Shown: piece by piece, positions 38,162-50,205 of the stretch
Layout of the letters: the number at the start of each line of letters is the position of its first letter
How positions within the stretch are numbered: the first letter of the stretch is position 1
Origin: the human T2T-CHM13v2.0 reference genome, Homo sapiens
Assembly: GCF_009914755.1 (NCBI RefSeq)
Contig: NC_060932.1
DNA: 64,000 bases
Direction: 5' to 3' (one strand)
Made by a program: the position numbers and the translations under genes
Notes under the pieces: model-generated
The model's input: the letters and a program-made list of their open reading frames with translations, nothing else
Databases searched by the model: none
What the model was told of the DNA's origin: nothing

Positions 38162-40337
38162 TTCTTTATTGCTTTATTTTTAACTTTTATTTTAGGTCAG
38201 GGGTACATGTGCAGGTTTGTTATATAGGTAAATGTGAGTTGCAAGGATTTGTTGTACAGATTATTTTGTCATCTAGGTACTAAGCCTGGTACCCAACAGT
38301 TATTTTTCTGATCTCCTCCTTCCCACCCTCCACCCTCTGATAGGCCCCAGTGCGTTTTGTTGCCCTCTGTGTGTCCATGTGTTCTCATCATTTAGCTCCT
38401 ACTATTAAGTGAGAACATGTGGTATTTGGTTTTCTGTTCATGTGTTAGTCGGCTAAGTATGATGGCCTCCAGCTCCATCCATGTCTCTGCAAAAAAACAT
38501 GATCTTTTCTTTTTTATGACTGCATAGTATTCCATAGCTTATATGGACCACATTTTCTTTATTCAGTCCACCAATGATGGGCATTTAGGCTAATTTTACT
38601 TTTTTTTTTTTTTTGCTGTTGTGAATAGTACTGCAATGAACATATACATGCATGCGTCTTTATGGTAGAACAATTTCTATTCCTTTGGGTGTATACCCAC
38701 TAATGGGTTTGCTGGGCTGAATGGTAGTTCCCTTTTCAGCTCTTTGAGGAATTGCCACAGTGCTTCCCACAATGACTGAACTAATTTGCACTCCCACTAG
38801 TAAGGTATAACCATTCCCCTTTCTCCACAACCTTGCAAGCATCTGTTACTTTTTGACTTTTTAATAATAGCCATTTTGACTGGTGTTCGATGGTATCTCA
38901 TTGTGGATTTGATTTGCATTTCTCTAATGATCAGTGATGTTGGGCTTTTTGGGGTATGCTTGTTGGTTGCATGTATGTCTTCTTTTGAAAAGTGTCTGTT
39001 CATGTTCTTTGCCTACTTTTTAATGGAGTTGTTCTCGTAAATGTGTTTAAGTCCTAAGAGATGCTACATATGAGAACTTTGTCTGATGCATAGTTTTCAC
39101 AAATTTTCTCCCATTATGTAGTTGTCTGTTTCCTCTTTGATAGTTCCCTTTGCTATGCAGAAGCTCTTAAGTTTAATTAGATCCTATTTGTCAATTTTTG
39201 CTTTTGTTTTGACTTTATTGTGTTGTGATTTTGTTGTGAATGGTAGACTGAATAAAGAAAATGTGGTACACGTACACCATGGAATATTACACAGTCATAA
39301 AAAAGGAATAAGATCATGTCCTTTGCAGTCTTCATCATTAAATCTTTGTCAGTTCCTTTGTCCAGAGTTCCTATGTCCAGAATGGTATTGCCTACCTGTG
39401 TCCAGAATGGTAGTGCCTAGGTTGTCTTCCAGAGTTTTTATAGTTTTGGGTTTTAAGTGTTTATCCATCCTGAATTGATTTTTGTATATGGTGTAAGGAA
39501 GGGCTCTAGTTTCAATCTTCTGCATATGGCTAGTCAGTTATCCCAGCACCATTTATTTAATAGGGAGTCCTTTCCTCATTGCTTGCTTTTGTCAGCTTTG
39601 TCAAGGATAAGATGATTATAGGTGCGTGTCCTAATTTCTGGGTTCTCATTTCTGTTCCATTGGTCTATGTGCCTGTTTTTGTACCAGTATCATGCTGTTT
39701 TGTTTACTGTAGCCCTGTAGTATATTGTGCAGTTGGGTAACATGATGTCTCATTTTTTTGTTCTTGTTTTTGCTTAGGATTGCCCGGGCTATTTGGGCTT
39801 TTTTTTTTTTTTTTTTTTTTTTGGTTCCACATAAAGTTTTAAAAAATTTTTTCTGGTTCTGTGAAGAATGTCATTGGTAGTTTGATAGGAATAGCATTGA
39901 ATCTATAAATTGCTTTGGGCAGTATGACCATTTTAATTATATTGGTTCTTCCTATCCATGAACATGGAATGTATTTTCATTCATTTATGTCATCTCTGAT
40001 TTCTTTGAGCAGTGTTTTGTCATTCTCATTGTAGAGATCGTTCACCTCCCTGGTTGAAAGTATTCCTAGGTATTTTATGCTTCTTTGGTAATTGTGCATG
40101 AGATTGCATTGCTGATTTGGTTCTCAATTTGGCTGCTATTGTTGTCTAGGAATGCTAGTAATTTTTGTACATTGATTTTTTATCCTGAAATTTGCTGAAG
40201 TTGTTTATCAGCTGAAGGAGGTTTTGGGCCAATACTATGGGGTTTTCTAGATATAGAATCATTTTGTCTGCAAACAGGGATAGTTTGACTTCCTGCCTTC
40301 TTATTTGGATCTCTTTTATTTCTTTCCCTTGCCTGAC
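38162..40337 (-). mobile_element. 5'-truncated primate L1 (L1PA13-16-like), ~2.2 kb
   Basis: Antisense 3'UTR GGGGTACATGTGCAGGTTTGTTATATAGGTAAA; ORF2 C-terminal peptide [10 protein letters not shown]...[30 protein letters not shown]; degenerate TSD TGTGGTAAATAATT (38148-38161) / TGTGGCACATAATT (40338-40351). Confidence 0.95.
39241..39328 (+). repeat. Sense-orientation L1 segment inside the antisense L1 (inverted copy of 38487-38573)
   Basis: TGGTAGACTGAATAAAGAAAATGTGGTAC...GATCATGTCCTTTGCAG; ~83% to the reverse complement of 38487-38573. Confidence 0.85.
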
Positions 40338-41863
40338 TGTGGCACATAATTGTGGATTGACTCAAATGTTTGAACCAAAATATTCCCTTCCAGTTCTATA
40401 AATTTGATTTGTCTTACCCTGAGTTGGTACAACAACAACAACAACAACAAAAACAGGTGTTGAGTGAAAATGTCTTTCAATCAAGTATGTGGTGGCAAAT
40501 TTCTAAAAACATCTGGATGCTTAGTAAAATTTATATTCGGTTTGCTCTTCTGTTCACACATACACACATACATACACATGGAGAGAGAAAAGAGGGGGAA
40601 AAGCATACAGAGAGAGAGAGAGGAAGCCGTAGACTCTGAGCATCAGAAACAAAGGGGAAAGTGCAGCCTCCTCCTGATCTCATCCTACTTCTCATGCTTG
40701 AACTCACATCTATAGGCCAGTGCTTGGGAGGAGGTTCCATTTTGCAGAGACTATGATATAGGGGTAGGGACAAGAGGCATCTATATATTGAGCTTTGACT
40801 AAATCATTATCCTAAGGAATTCTCTCATTTCAAAGCTTTGGTAAATTATTTTTTACCAGAAGTGAACAATTGAATCCACCTTTGGAGCAGACCATTCTTT
40901 GTTGTAGGAAAACTACCTTGCAGATGGGAAAAGAGGAGCATTGCCCCTCAAACTTGCCCTTCCTTGCTGCTCATAGCTATGTGTACATAGAGCAAAGGTC
41001 CCCTCTCAAGTGAAGAGTTTGAGATGCTCTGGATCCTAGCAGCTAACTAAATCTGTATGAAAAGGCACTTGTATCAAGGGCAGAGCTGAATGTCTACAAT
41101 GTGTGTTTCCTGGAGAGAATGTTCTTCTCTATATGGCTTTTAGAATTGAATTTTCTAATTTGTTCCTAGTGGGGTGTGTCTGTCTGTGTGTAATCTTTTC
41201 ACCATGGACATAAGGAACTGAGCCCCTGAAGATGCAGGAATAGCACGAGTGCCTGACCAGCATCTCCAGGTATAGCAGAATCTGCAATTTACCCATATTA
41301 GGTTGCCAATGCCCTATATATGGTAAAATAGAGTCAGGCAATTCCAAGATGAAGATCACCAGCTAGGAGCCTTGTACTGCTTTGGGACAATCGGATTCTG
41401 ATGGGACTATTCTGCTGGAAGACGCAGCACAAGGCCAACCCACATGAGGAGGGGGATGCAGGGCTTCCAAGTGGCAGTGAGCTTTCTCTGGAAAGAGGAA
41501 ATCTGAAAACAGGGGAGATGTGTCTGTGGGCAGATCTTACAGCAGGAAAAAGAGAGAACTTGACCCCATGGAGAGACAGAGATGTTCTCAATGTCTCACA
41601 GATAATGTGGGGAAAAGCCTGACTTCTGCTTAGTGAGATGGCCCAGGAGTGGTCATAAGGCACTAAATACAGGACCAGCCCCTGGGGAGAGGCTCTGACA
41701 GCAGAATATGAAAGTGGCTTTATCCTGTGTAAGTGCCTCTGAATTGCAATTCCTTTGTGTTATGCTCAAGCCTGCAGGCAGGTTCTGCTAAACCTCTCAG
41801 AACCACAGACTTGGGATGGTGGCAGAAAGAACATCCTCCCTTCTCCCCAAGAGGCACTGACCA

Positions 41864-42597
41864 AGCAATGAGGGTGCGTCTGGAACTGCAGTGTCCTATA
41901 GAGATGAGCAATGAGGGTGCATCATCCAGAACTGCAGTGTCCTATAGAGGCGAGAAATGAGGGTGCTTCCGGAACTGCAGTGTCCTATAGAGCAGAGCAA
42001 TGAGCGTGAGTCCGGAACTGCAGTGTCCTACAGAAAGGAGCAATGAAGGTGCGTCCGGAACTGCGGTGTCCTATAGAAACAAGCAATGAGGGTGCTTCCG
42101 GAACTGCAGTGTCCTACAGAGATGAGCAATGAGGGTGAGTCCGGAACTGCAGTGTCCTATAGAGACGAGCAATGAGGCTGCGTCTGGAACCGCAGTGTCC
42201 TATAGAGATGAGCAATGAGGGTGCATCTGGAACTGTAGTGTCCTACAGAGACGAGCAATAAGGGTGCTTCCAGAACTGCAGTGTCCTATAGAGATGAGCA
42301 ATGAGGGTGCATCTGGAACTGCAGTGTCCTATAGAGATGAGCAATGAGGGTGCTTCCGGAACTGCAGTGTCCTACGGAGAGGAGCAATGAGGGTGCTTTC
42401 AGAACTGCAGTGTCCTATAGAGATGAGCATTGAGGGTGCTTCTGGAACTGCAGTGTCCTATAGAGACGAGCAATGAGGGTCCTTCCAGAACTGCAGTGTC
42501 CTATAGAGACGAGCATTGAGGGTGTGTCTGGAACTGCAGTGTCCTATAGAGATGAGCAATGAGGGTGCATCCGGAACTGCAGTGTCCTATAGAGATG
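41864..42597 (+). repeat. 43-bp minisatellite, ~17 copies
   Basis: Consensus GAACTGCAGTGTCCTATAGAGATGAGCAATGAGGGTGCTTCCG; unit starts at 41883, 41929, then every 43 bp to 42574. Confidence 0.98.
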
Positions 42598-43609
42598 CCA
42601 TCACAACACCAGTGAGTGAGAGATGCTCACCCCAGCTGGGAATGAGATAGAGCTACAGCGGGAAAACACCCAGGAACCCTCAGACATACAGGAGGGAAGG
42701 ACTCTGAAAAAAAAAGGGATAGGGCAGGAAGGAATTCCTCCATCCTCCAGTGGGGCCACAGGAGCTGCAGGGTTTGGATTTTCTTCTTTTCCCTTCGAAG
42801 TATGTAATAGTCCAACTCAATTTATTACCTGGCTGATCTCTCCTTTTAAGTCACCTGAAACACAGAAAGCCAAAAAATTCCTCCAGAGCTATCTGATGTG
42901 TGCTGTTACCATCTTTAGGTTGAAAAAGGAATAATGAAACCCATATCTTCAGAAACTTAAGTCGTATTTTTCACCCTTTCCATCTCCCTTTACCCTATTT
43001 AATAGAGAAATTGAATCTGAGCTGAGATTTTAATTAAAAATCTCATAATAACATACAAAATCCAGAAGATAAGGAAATTGAATTTTAAATATGGATTTTC
43101 TTTCTTTTCTCTTCCTTTCCACATTTCCTGTTGTTTGGCATGTACAAAGTTTACTAGAACAAAAGGAGACAGAAAAACTTTTGGCATAAAAATGAACGAT
43201 GCTGCAGAAGGTTTATTTTGGTGTTGGGAATCTCATTACCTTTAATTCAGCAACCCAGACCCAGTCCAAGGGCTGGGCACCCCCTCCTAAACCTGGGAGT
43301 TTGGAGACCCCCAGACCACTCACAGCTTGCTAAATAAATGACAGTCCATGCCAGAAGTTGAATACCTCAGAGGGTCGGGGAGGGTAGGGGTGTGACACGG
43401 GGGTTAAATGGACTAAAGTCTTTAATAGAGGGGGAAAGAAAGAGATTCCAGGAAAGAGAAGCTCTTCTGACAAGTAAGAATTTTCCTCCATTCACCTTAT
43501 ATCTGACAGACTAATAGTAACATTGTTTAATTATGGGATATACAACCCCTTTCTTTCATGATAGGGAGTTTAAGACTGCAGTTGCAGAAGAATAAAAATA
43601 AATCTCCCA

Positions 43610-43890
43610 TAATCCCAGCACTTTGGGAGGCCAAGGCAGGAAGATTGCTTGGAGCCAGGACTTTGAGACCAGCCTGGGCAATAAATGGAGACCCTCTCTC
43701 TCTCAAGAAAATAAATAATAATTAAAAGTGGCCAAGCATGGTAGCATGTGCCTGTAGCTCCAGCTACTTGGGAGGCGAAGGAGAGAGGATCACTTAAGCC
43801 CAGGAGTTTGAGGCTGCAGTGAGCTATGATCATGCCACTGTGCTTGTTCCAGCCTTGGTGACAGAGCAAGATACCATATCTTAAAAAAAA
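43610..43890 (+). mobile_element. AluJ (Jo/Jr-like), 5' truncated
   Basis: AGGATCACTTAAGCCCAGGAGTTTGAGGCTGCAGTGAGCTATGATC. Confidence 0.9.
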
Positions 43891-44231
43891 TTTAAATGTT
43901 TAACGTTTATGAATGATGCTTATTACTTTGGTTACACAAAAATTTTTAAAAAGCAAAAATGGCACTGTATTTCAGTTTCATAGAAAATTCCAATATATAT
44001 ATTACCAAATTATTGATGAATAAAAGACTCTTAGTCCCTTATTTTACATACGTAGTTCAATAATTACTTCAGGTATCTGGGACGAGAAGCCTTAGAAGTT
44101 GAGAACACTGACCCCCTGTTGACATTTTCTGGTGTTGTCATAAGCCAATTCATGGAGGGTATCATCACAAGATTTTAAAATCTACAGTGGCAATCCCTGA
44201 TATAAAGAACCATCTGGAATGACAAGGGTAG

Positions 44232-44707
44232 TATAAAAGAAAAACATTATTCAATAACACTTGTTAAAGCATGGTAAGGTAGACTTTATTCAGGACCATC
44301 GCCATTAATATAGGGGCCACCGCAGTGGAATCTTGCAGTGAGGGATCTTGCAGTGGCTCAACTCTGAATACAGCATAAGCAAGTGGGAATTTATAGCAAA
44401 GGAACACTGTAGGGGCCAGTGGATAAAAAATTACTAAAAGGAAACATTGGGGTACAGGGATTCTGGCTAAACTGGATTCTTACTGAAGACAGGTCAGAGT
44501 TTTCAGGTATCACCTGGGGGATAGAGGAGGAGAAGGAACCTGATCAGATATTGAGGATGATCACATATTAAGGACTGGGGTTGGGGTGGCAGATTCTTGC
44601 TAAATTAAACAGGGTTCTCTGTTAAAATTTGATTTTACGAGGAAGTGAACAGATAGGCCTAGAAGATTCAAAAGCCTGACTAATGTTTGGCCAAAGAATC
44701 TTTATCA
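44232..44707 (-). mobile_element. MER31-like ERV1 solo LTR
   Basis: Minus strand begins TGATAAAGATTCTTTGGCCAAACATTAGTCAGGC; 4-bp TSD GTAG at 44228-44231 and 44708-44711. Confidence 0.85.
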
Positions 44708-45420
44708 GTAGGTTAGCGTTTCCATGGGGGATTGAGAGGAAACAATGATAAGAAAAGCTGATATTTTAAAGCTTGATATTGTGAATTCAGAAGGACATGT
44801 TGGTGTGTGTTTGCTTAAACACAACCTCATTATGAAAATAATTTGAGGAAGTCCTTACACATAACACAGCAAGACAGAGAATAAAAATACATTTTAAAAA
44901 CTGAGGCAAAGAGAAAATATGCTATAAGAAGAAGACGAAAACAAAATTTTAAAAAGTCATCAAGCAGAAAAGCATGCTGTGAAATTCTACACGATTATTC
45001 CAGTTGGGCCACAAACTTACTTCTTAGCAGGATGCCCTAATTTTGGGAAGGCACATAGGCCAGGCTTAAAATTAGCTTTTGGGTTCATTTCCATGCAATG
45101 GGTAAAGCTAGATGAAAACTTTATTCATTTGAGGAGCGATCTGTCCCTGGGAGAAAGAGCCACGTATGTTTTTCCTTAAAATTTTTTTTAAACTTTAGTT
45201 TTTATTTGATCTGGGAGAGATCCATGAAAAAACTTCTAAGCCAGTTTGATGTATTGTAGATGGAGGATTCATCACTCATTCAACAATGATGTGTTGAGTA
45301 CCTATTATTTCCCAAGATCTGGGTCAGGTGCTGGTGATAAAGGAACAAATAGCCAAGCTCACTACCCACATCAAGCTAGGGGAGCCAGAGAAGCAAAAGG
45401 CTGATGACTCAGCAGGGGTA

Positions 45421-45544
45421 TTTCCCTACAGTCTGGTATGGGTGTGCAGAGTTGGGGCACCCTATAATGTGGAGAGGGGGATGTCTCCCTGCAGTGTGGT
45501 GTGAGTGTGCAGAGTTAGGATACCCTATACTGTGGGGAGGGATG
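45421..45544 (+). repeat. ~63-bp diverged tandem duplication (2 copies)
   Basis: TCCCT.CAGT.TGGT.TG.GTGTGCAGAGTT.GG..ACCCTATA.TGTGG repeated at 45421 and 45484. Confidence 0.85.
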
Positions 45545-46429
45545 GCAGGGAAAGGGCAGTTCCAAAGAGGTAGAAACTGACATTCCTTTGGCCTCTGTGG
45601 ATTTATTTCATTCACTCATTCTTTATTCATTCATTCAACAACACTAGAGAGTGACAGAGCCACAATTCCCTGAATCTCTCGGTCAACTGACACATCTTGG
45701 CACTTCATGCCTTTTTAACTGTCTCACGTCCTCATTCCTACTACACCTGCAATCACAGAGAAGTTGGTAGTCTTACATATTTCCATTCTAACAGTGATTT
45801 TTATTATATAATTTTTACTCCTCTAACAAAAGCAATTTTGCATCTGTCCCACTATCTGCTATTGTGGTATTACCATATACCATAAAGGGAAAAATGTCAG
45901 ATTGGAAACTGTCCTGGTACCTGGGAGAAGAGAATCTTCATTCAGGCCTTCCCTGAGATATTTTTACTTGTGTGACCTTGAGCAAGTCAGCTGGCCAGCC
46001 TCTCTGAGCCTCAACATCTCACCTGTCAAATGGGGATTAAACAGTACCTGCCTCACAGAATGAGAATTAAATGAAATAATGGATACAGAATGCTTAGTAT
46101 CCAGAGAGTGTTTGAGAAATGTGTTTCTTCTTAGGCTAGAAAGAGTCTTGGAGAAATGTTCCCGTAATCAATTCTGTTTCTCAACAAACATTCATTTTCA
46201 CTGTATGTCAAGCAGAGCAAAGAGAATAAGAAGAAATATATAATCCTGCCTATTGGAGATGTGTCTAAATGTCCACTGGTTCAATTTCACCCGCCTCTGT
46301 GCTCATACAATTCCAGGGCCTCATTCCCAACTCCTACGTGAAAATTGTTTCTCATGTAAAAGATATATTTTTTTCCCAAACCAGTCTGCCAGACACATTC
46401 ATTACCCAGTATAATAGTAAGTCTCCAAC

Positions 46430-46931
46430 TACGGCCCACAGTGATCACCACCTCTTAATAATTTTGCCCTTGTGTAAATCCCCTTCAAAATTAAAGCTGA
46501 GCTTGCATTGTGACTCGGTTTGACCATTAGAATGCGGTGGAAGTGATGCTGTCTTACTTCCCATGCTGGGCATTACAATACCCCCAGTTTCCCTCTTATC
46601 TCCTAGAATATTCTCTCCTGAAACCCAGCCACTATGCTGTGAGAAGCCCAAGCCACATGCAAGGCCACATGGAAGGGAACCTAGGCCCTCCAATCATCAG
46701 CCCCCACTGAGCTCCCGGCTGACAGCCACATGCTCTGCTAAACATGTGAGTTGGCTGTCTTGGATATTCTAGCCTGGTTGAGCCCTCTTGTGATGGCAGC
46801 CCCAGCTGGCACCATGAAGAAGGACCATCCTGTTGAGTTCAGTCACACCACGGAATGTAGAGAGATAATGAAATGGTTGTTTTAAGCCTCCTTGTTTTGG
46901 GGTGGTTACATCACACTAGATCACTGAAATA
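46430..46931 (+). mobile_element. MLT1G/H-like MaLR LTR
   Basis: GCCACTATGCTGTGAGAAGCCCAAGCCACATG...CAGCCCCAGCTGGCACC...AAATGGTTGTTTTAAGCC..GTTTTGGGGTGGTT. Confidence 0.75.
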
Positions 46932-47230
46932 ACTAGAGTTTGCCATGTTCTTTGTCTCCCACTTGTCCTTGTATAATGCTGGCAAAGACATCCAGAGAAG
47001 TCCCATTGACCCTCCTAAGGACTTGAATGTCCATAGCAAGGGTTGGGTGCTGAGGGTCCCAACCCTTCCAATGTTCTGCTTTCTGTGCAGAAGTAGAGGA
47101 AATGCTACTGCCTTTGACATTGGGGCTCCATGGTAATTCTGCATCAGCCCAGAGTCTCACAAAGTCAGTCTTATTCAGAGACTGCTTTCAACTATCTCTC
47201 CAACAGGACCCAAAATTAGTCCAAGGGGAT

Positions 47231-47515
47231 TGTAGTGGGTGCTGTCTGTGCCCTGCTGAATGCGTTGTGGCACATAAGGCAACTTCCAACTGCCAATATG
47301 TGGGCAGATGGATTTTTCTAGGACTTTGGGAGGCTGTTCTTCCCAGTGCTTATTGGGGTTTGGTGCATAAATATCCCAGTTCCCTCTCCCCTAGAGTAAA
47401 ATAATGCAGAAGCATATGTTCTATATCATTTTCCAGAGCTTGCCTATGAGATTAAGCTCCAGTGCCTGCTATGGTATTTGGCTTTAAAATTCACCCTTTA
47501 GTGGCTTACTTCTCT
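47231..47515 (+). mobile_element. LTR33-like fragment
   Basis: TGTAGTGGGTGCTGTCTGTGCCC...GCATAAATATCCCAGTTCCCTC...GATTAAGCTCCAG. Confidence 0.55.
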
Positions 47516-47727
47516 GTGGAAACTCAAAGAAAGTCCTTCATGAAGACAGATGCCATTCTGTTTCTGTCTAAACCTTCTCCACACCTTAGCACACATAAAT
47601 TGACTTAACTTTAAATAAGCTAATAGATACTTATCTAAAGATACTTACCAACTCAGTAAATTCAGTAACTGAATTCCAATTTCTTCATTTGTATAATGGA
47701 TGCCTAAAGATATTTACCAGCTCAATA

Positions 47728-47785
47728 AAGCCTCTGTGTTTTGGGGTGGTTACATAACAATAGATCATTGAAATAACTAGAGTTT
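47728..47785 (+). repeat. Dispersed direct copy of 46884-46941
   Basis: 53/58 identity; includes the LTR end plus 10 bp of unique flank (ACTAGAGTTT). Confidence 0.93.
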
Positions 47786-47979
47786 ATTAACAGCTATTAT
47801 GCAAGCTATTCTGAGGTTACTTGTAAGCCTCCGTTAAAGCCCCTAACACTCTCTCCACCATGTACCAGGTGTTCAAGGAGAGGACTGTACAGAGATTGAG
47901 TACTTACTATAGTACTAATGCATTGTAAGCATTATACATACATTAAGTCATTATCTTTACAACAGCCCTCCCAGGTAGA

Positions 47980-48280
47980 TTTTTTTTTTTTTTTTTTTGA
48001 GACAGGGTCTTGCCTTGGCACCCAGGCTGCGGTGCAGTGCCACAATCATGGCTCACTGCAGCCTTGACCTCCCAGGCTCAGGCAATTCTCCCAACTAGCC
48101 TCCCAAGTAGCTGGGACTACAGGCACATGCCACTATGCCCAGCTAAATATCGTATTGTTTTTGTAGAGATGGGTTTTTGCCATGTTGACCAGGCTGATCT
48201 TGGACACCTGGGCTCAAGTGGGCTGCTTGCTTTGGCCTCCAAAGTGCTGGGATTACAGGTGTAAGCCATTGCACCTGGAT
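47980..48280 (-). mobile_element. AluJ SINE inserted in a MIR
   Basis: CACAATCATGGCTCACTGCAGCCTTGACCTCCCAGGCTCA AluJ diagnostics. Confidence 0.92.
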
Positions 48281-50048
48281 TAGGGTAGCTATTGTTATCA
48301 TCTCCGTTCCATAGATGAAGAAAAGGAGGCTATGAGAGGTGATGTATCACCCCACGGCCACACAGCCAGAGGTACATTTGGGATTTGAACCCAGGTTATA
48401 TGACTCCAGAGCCCACCCAGGTAAGCACAGTGCCATGCTACTTCTTACCATGGTATAACTATTAGCTATTAAAAGAAATAAATTGACCCTAGGTTTTAAA
48501 TGCACTTTAGATGCAGTCAAAATATTAAAATTCAAAAGTAAAAGGACAAACCTACTGTTTTGTTAAGTTGATCTATTATTTAGCTATCTAGCTATGTAAA
48601 CTCATCCCAGAAATGACTTAGATTCTTTTCTGAGTAAGCCCAAAAGCCAAGGATAGAAAGTATGGAATGACAAACCTTGGGTCATTATATAGAAAAGCTT
48701 TCTAATGGTCAAAAATGTTCAACAATAAGACAAACTGCTTGAGCAATTTCTGGATCCTTAAGAGCATTCAAGCTGATGTTACAATCACTTCTCCTGATGT
48801 TGTGCAGGGGTTTTGTGCATCCAATCGTGGTTAAACTAGGAGACATTTAAGGCCGTTCCCTGAGATTCAACAAATCAAATTAGTTGGTGCTTATTACTTT
48901 AGAGTAGGAAAGTGTTTATTGCGTGTTTTCGTGAGACACTACCATCTTTAATGTGGATCTTATTTTTCTGCACATCTTCCTTCCATCCTGCCTTCCTTGC
49001 ATGATTGTTACAAATAAGAAATGCTGCCTATGATAGGCAAGTGTGGTGGGGCTAGCAGAGGGCCGCTGTTAGGACGCAAGATGGATGCTCAGTTCTATGT
49101 ATTCACCGCATAGTGCCTGATGCTGTGCTAAACCTTTGATGAATGATACCTTTTTCTTTCTCCCAAGAGCCCCCGAGGTAGGATTCTTATCCCTATGAGG
49201 TAAGAGCATTGAGGCCGAGAGAGGTGCCCAAAGTCAGGTTAATGGTGGTGCCACATCTGTCTGATTTCAGAGCCCTTTCTCCTCCCTCTAGGAAGCCTCT
49301 CTCCACAGAGAACGGTTAGGCAGCATGAATTGATTGTTATCCACTGCTCACCACGACGCTGCACCTATTCTAAAATAATCTCTCCTGAGTTTTGCTAAGA
49401 ACAACAGGAGTGACTTAATTGAAAGGAAGGGCATTTTGAGGTTAGAGAAGGTTGTCATTTTGTTCTTTGATTGTCAGCTCCTAAAACATACACACAATTA
49501 GTGAACTCACTAAAAGCATTGCTTCTCAGATTTTTTTCCTTGATCCCACTGAAATTGTGATTGTTTTACAATAACTGCTACTGTGACACAAATTACCTTT
49601 AGCAAACATCACACATGCTTAATACTTTCACCAGGTGGAGGGGCTGCCTGTAGAACACCCCAGCCAGGGGGAGGTTGCCAGTCACAGCATGGGCTTCAAA
49701 AGTGAAGCAAACTCTTTACCTTTGAGCATCAAGTACAGACTTACCCAGGTGAGCTTCTCTTGAAATCAAACTTATGGATGGACATGCAACTTAAAAATAT
49801 TAGCTGGACAGGTTTTTTAAAGTTTTTTGTTTGTTTGTTTCATTTTTGTGAGGTTGTTTTTGGTTTTGTTTTGTTTTGTTTGTTTGTGTTTTGCCAAAGA
49901 GGTCTTTGCTTTGTAAATGATTTTGCTTCATGTTCTTCAAATTGCAGCCCTGCAAAACAGTGCAAAACCTCTAGACTGAGATGTAGCAATACTAGTTGCC
50001 AAAGCTAACCTTGTGCAAGTCATTTCACTGATTTGGACCTCATTTCTG

Positions 50049-50205
50049 AAGGAAAAAGGGGAGGAGGGGAGAAGAGGAAGACAAGTGAAGAAGAGAGAGG
50101 AGTAAAGGAAGATGGAGATGAGGATATGATGGGGAGGAAGACGAAAAAGAAAGAGAAGGACAAGGAAGAGGAGAGAAAGAAGTGGAAGGTAAAAGGAAAA
50201 AAACA
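50049..50205 (+). repeat. GA-rich low-complexity tract
   Basis: Direct inspection. Confidence 0.8.

Noticed and set aside
41864-42597. CRISPR-like appearance of the regular array
   Set aside because: Units are contiguous tandem copies with point variation only; there are no unique spacers or cas genes, and the context is primate DNA.
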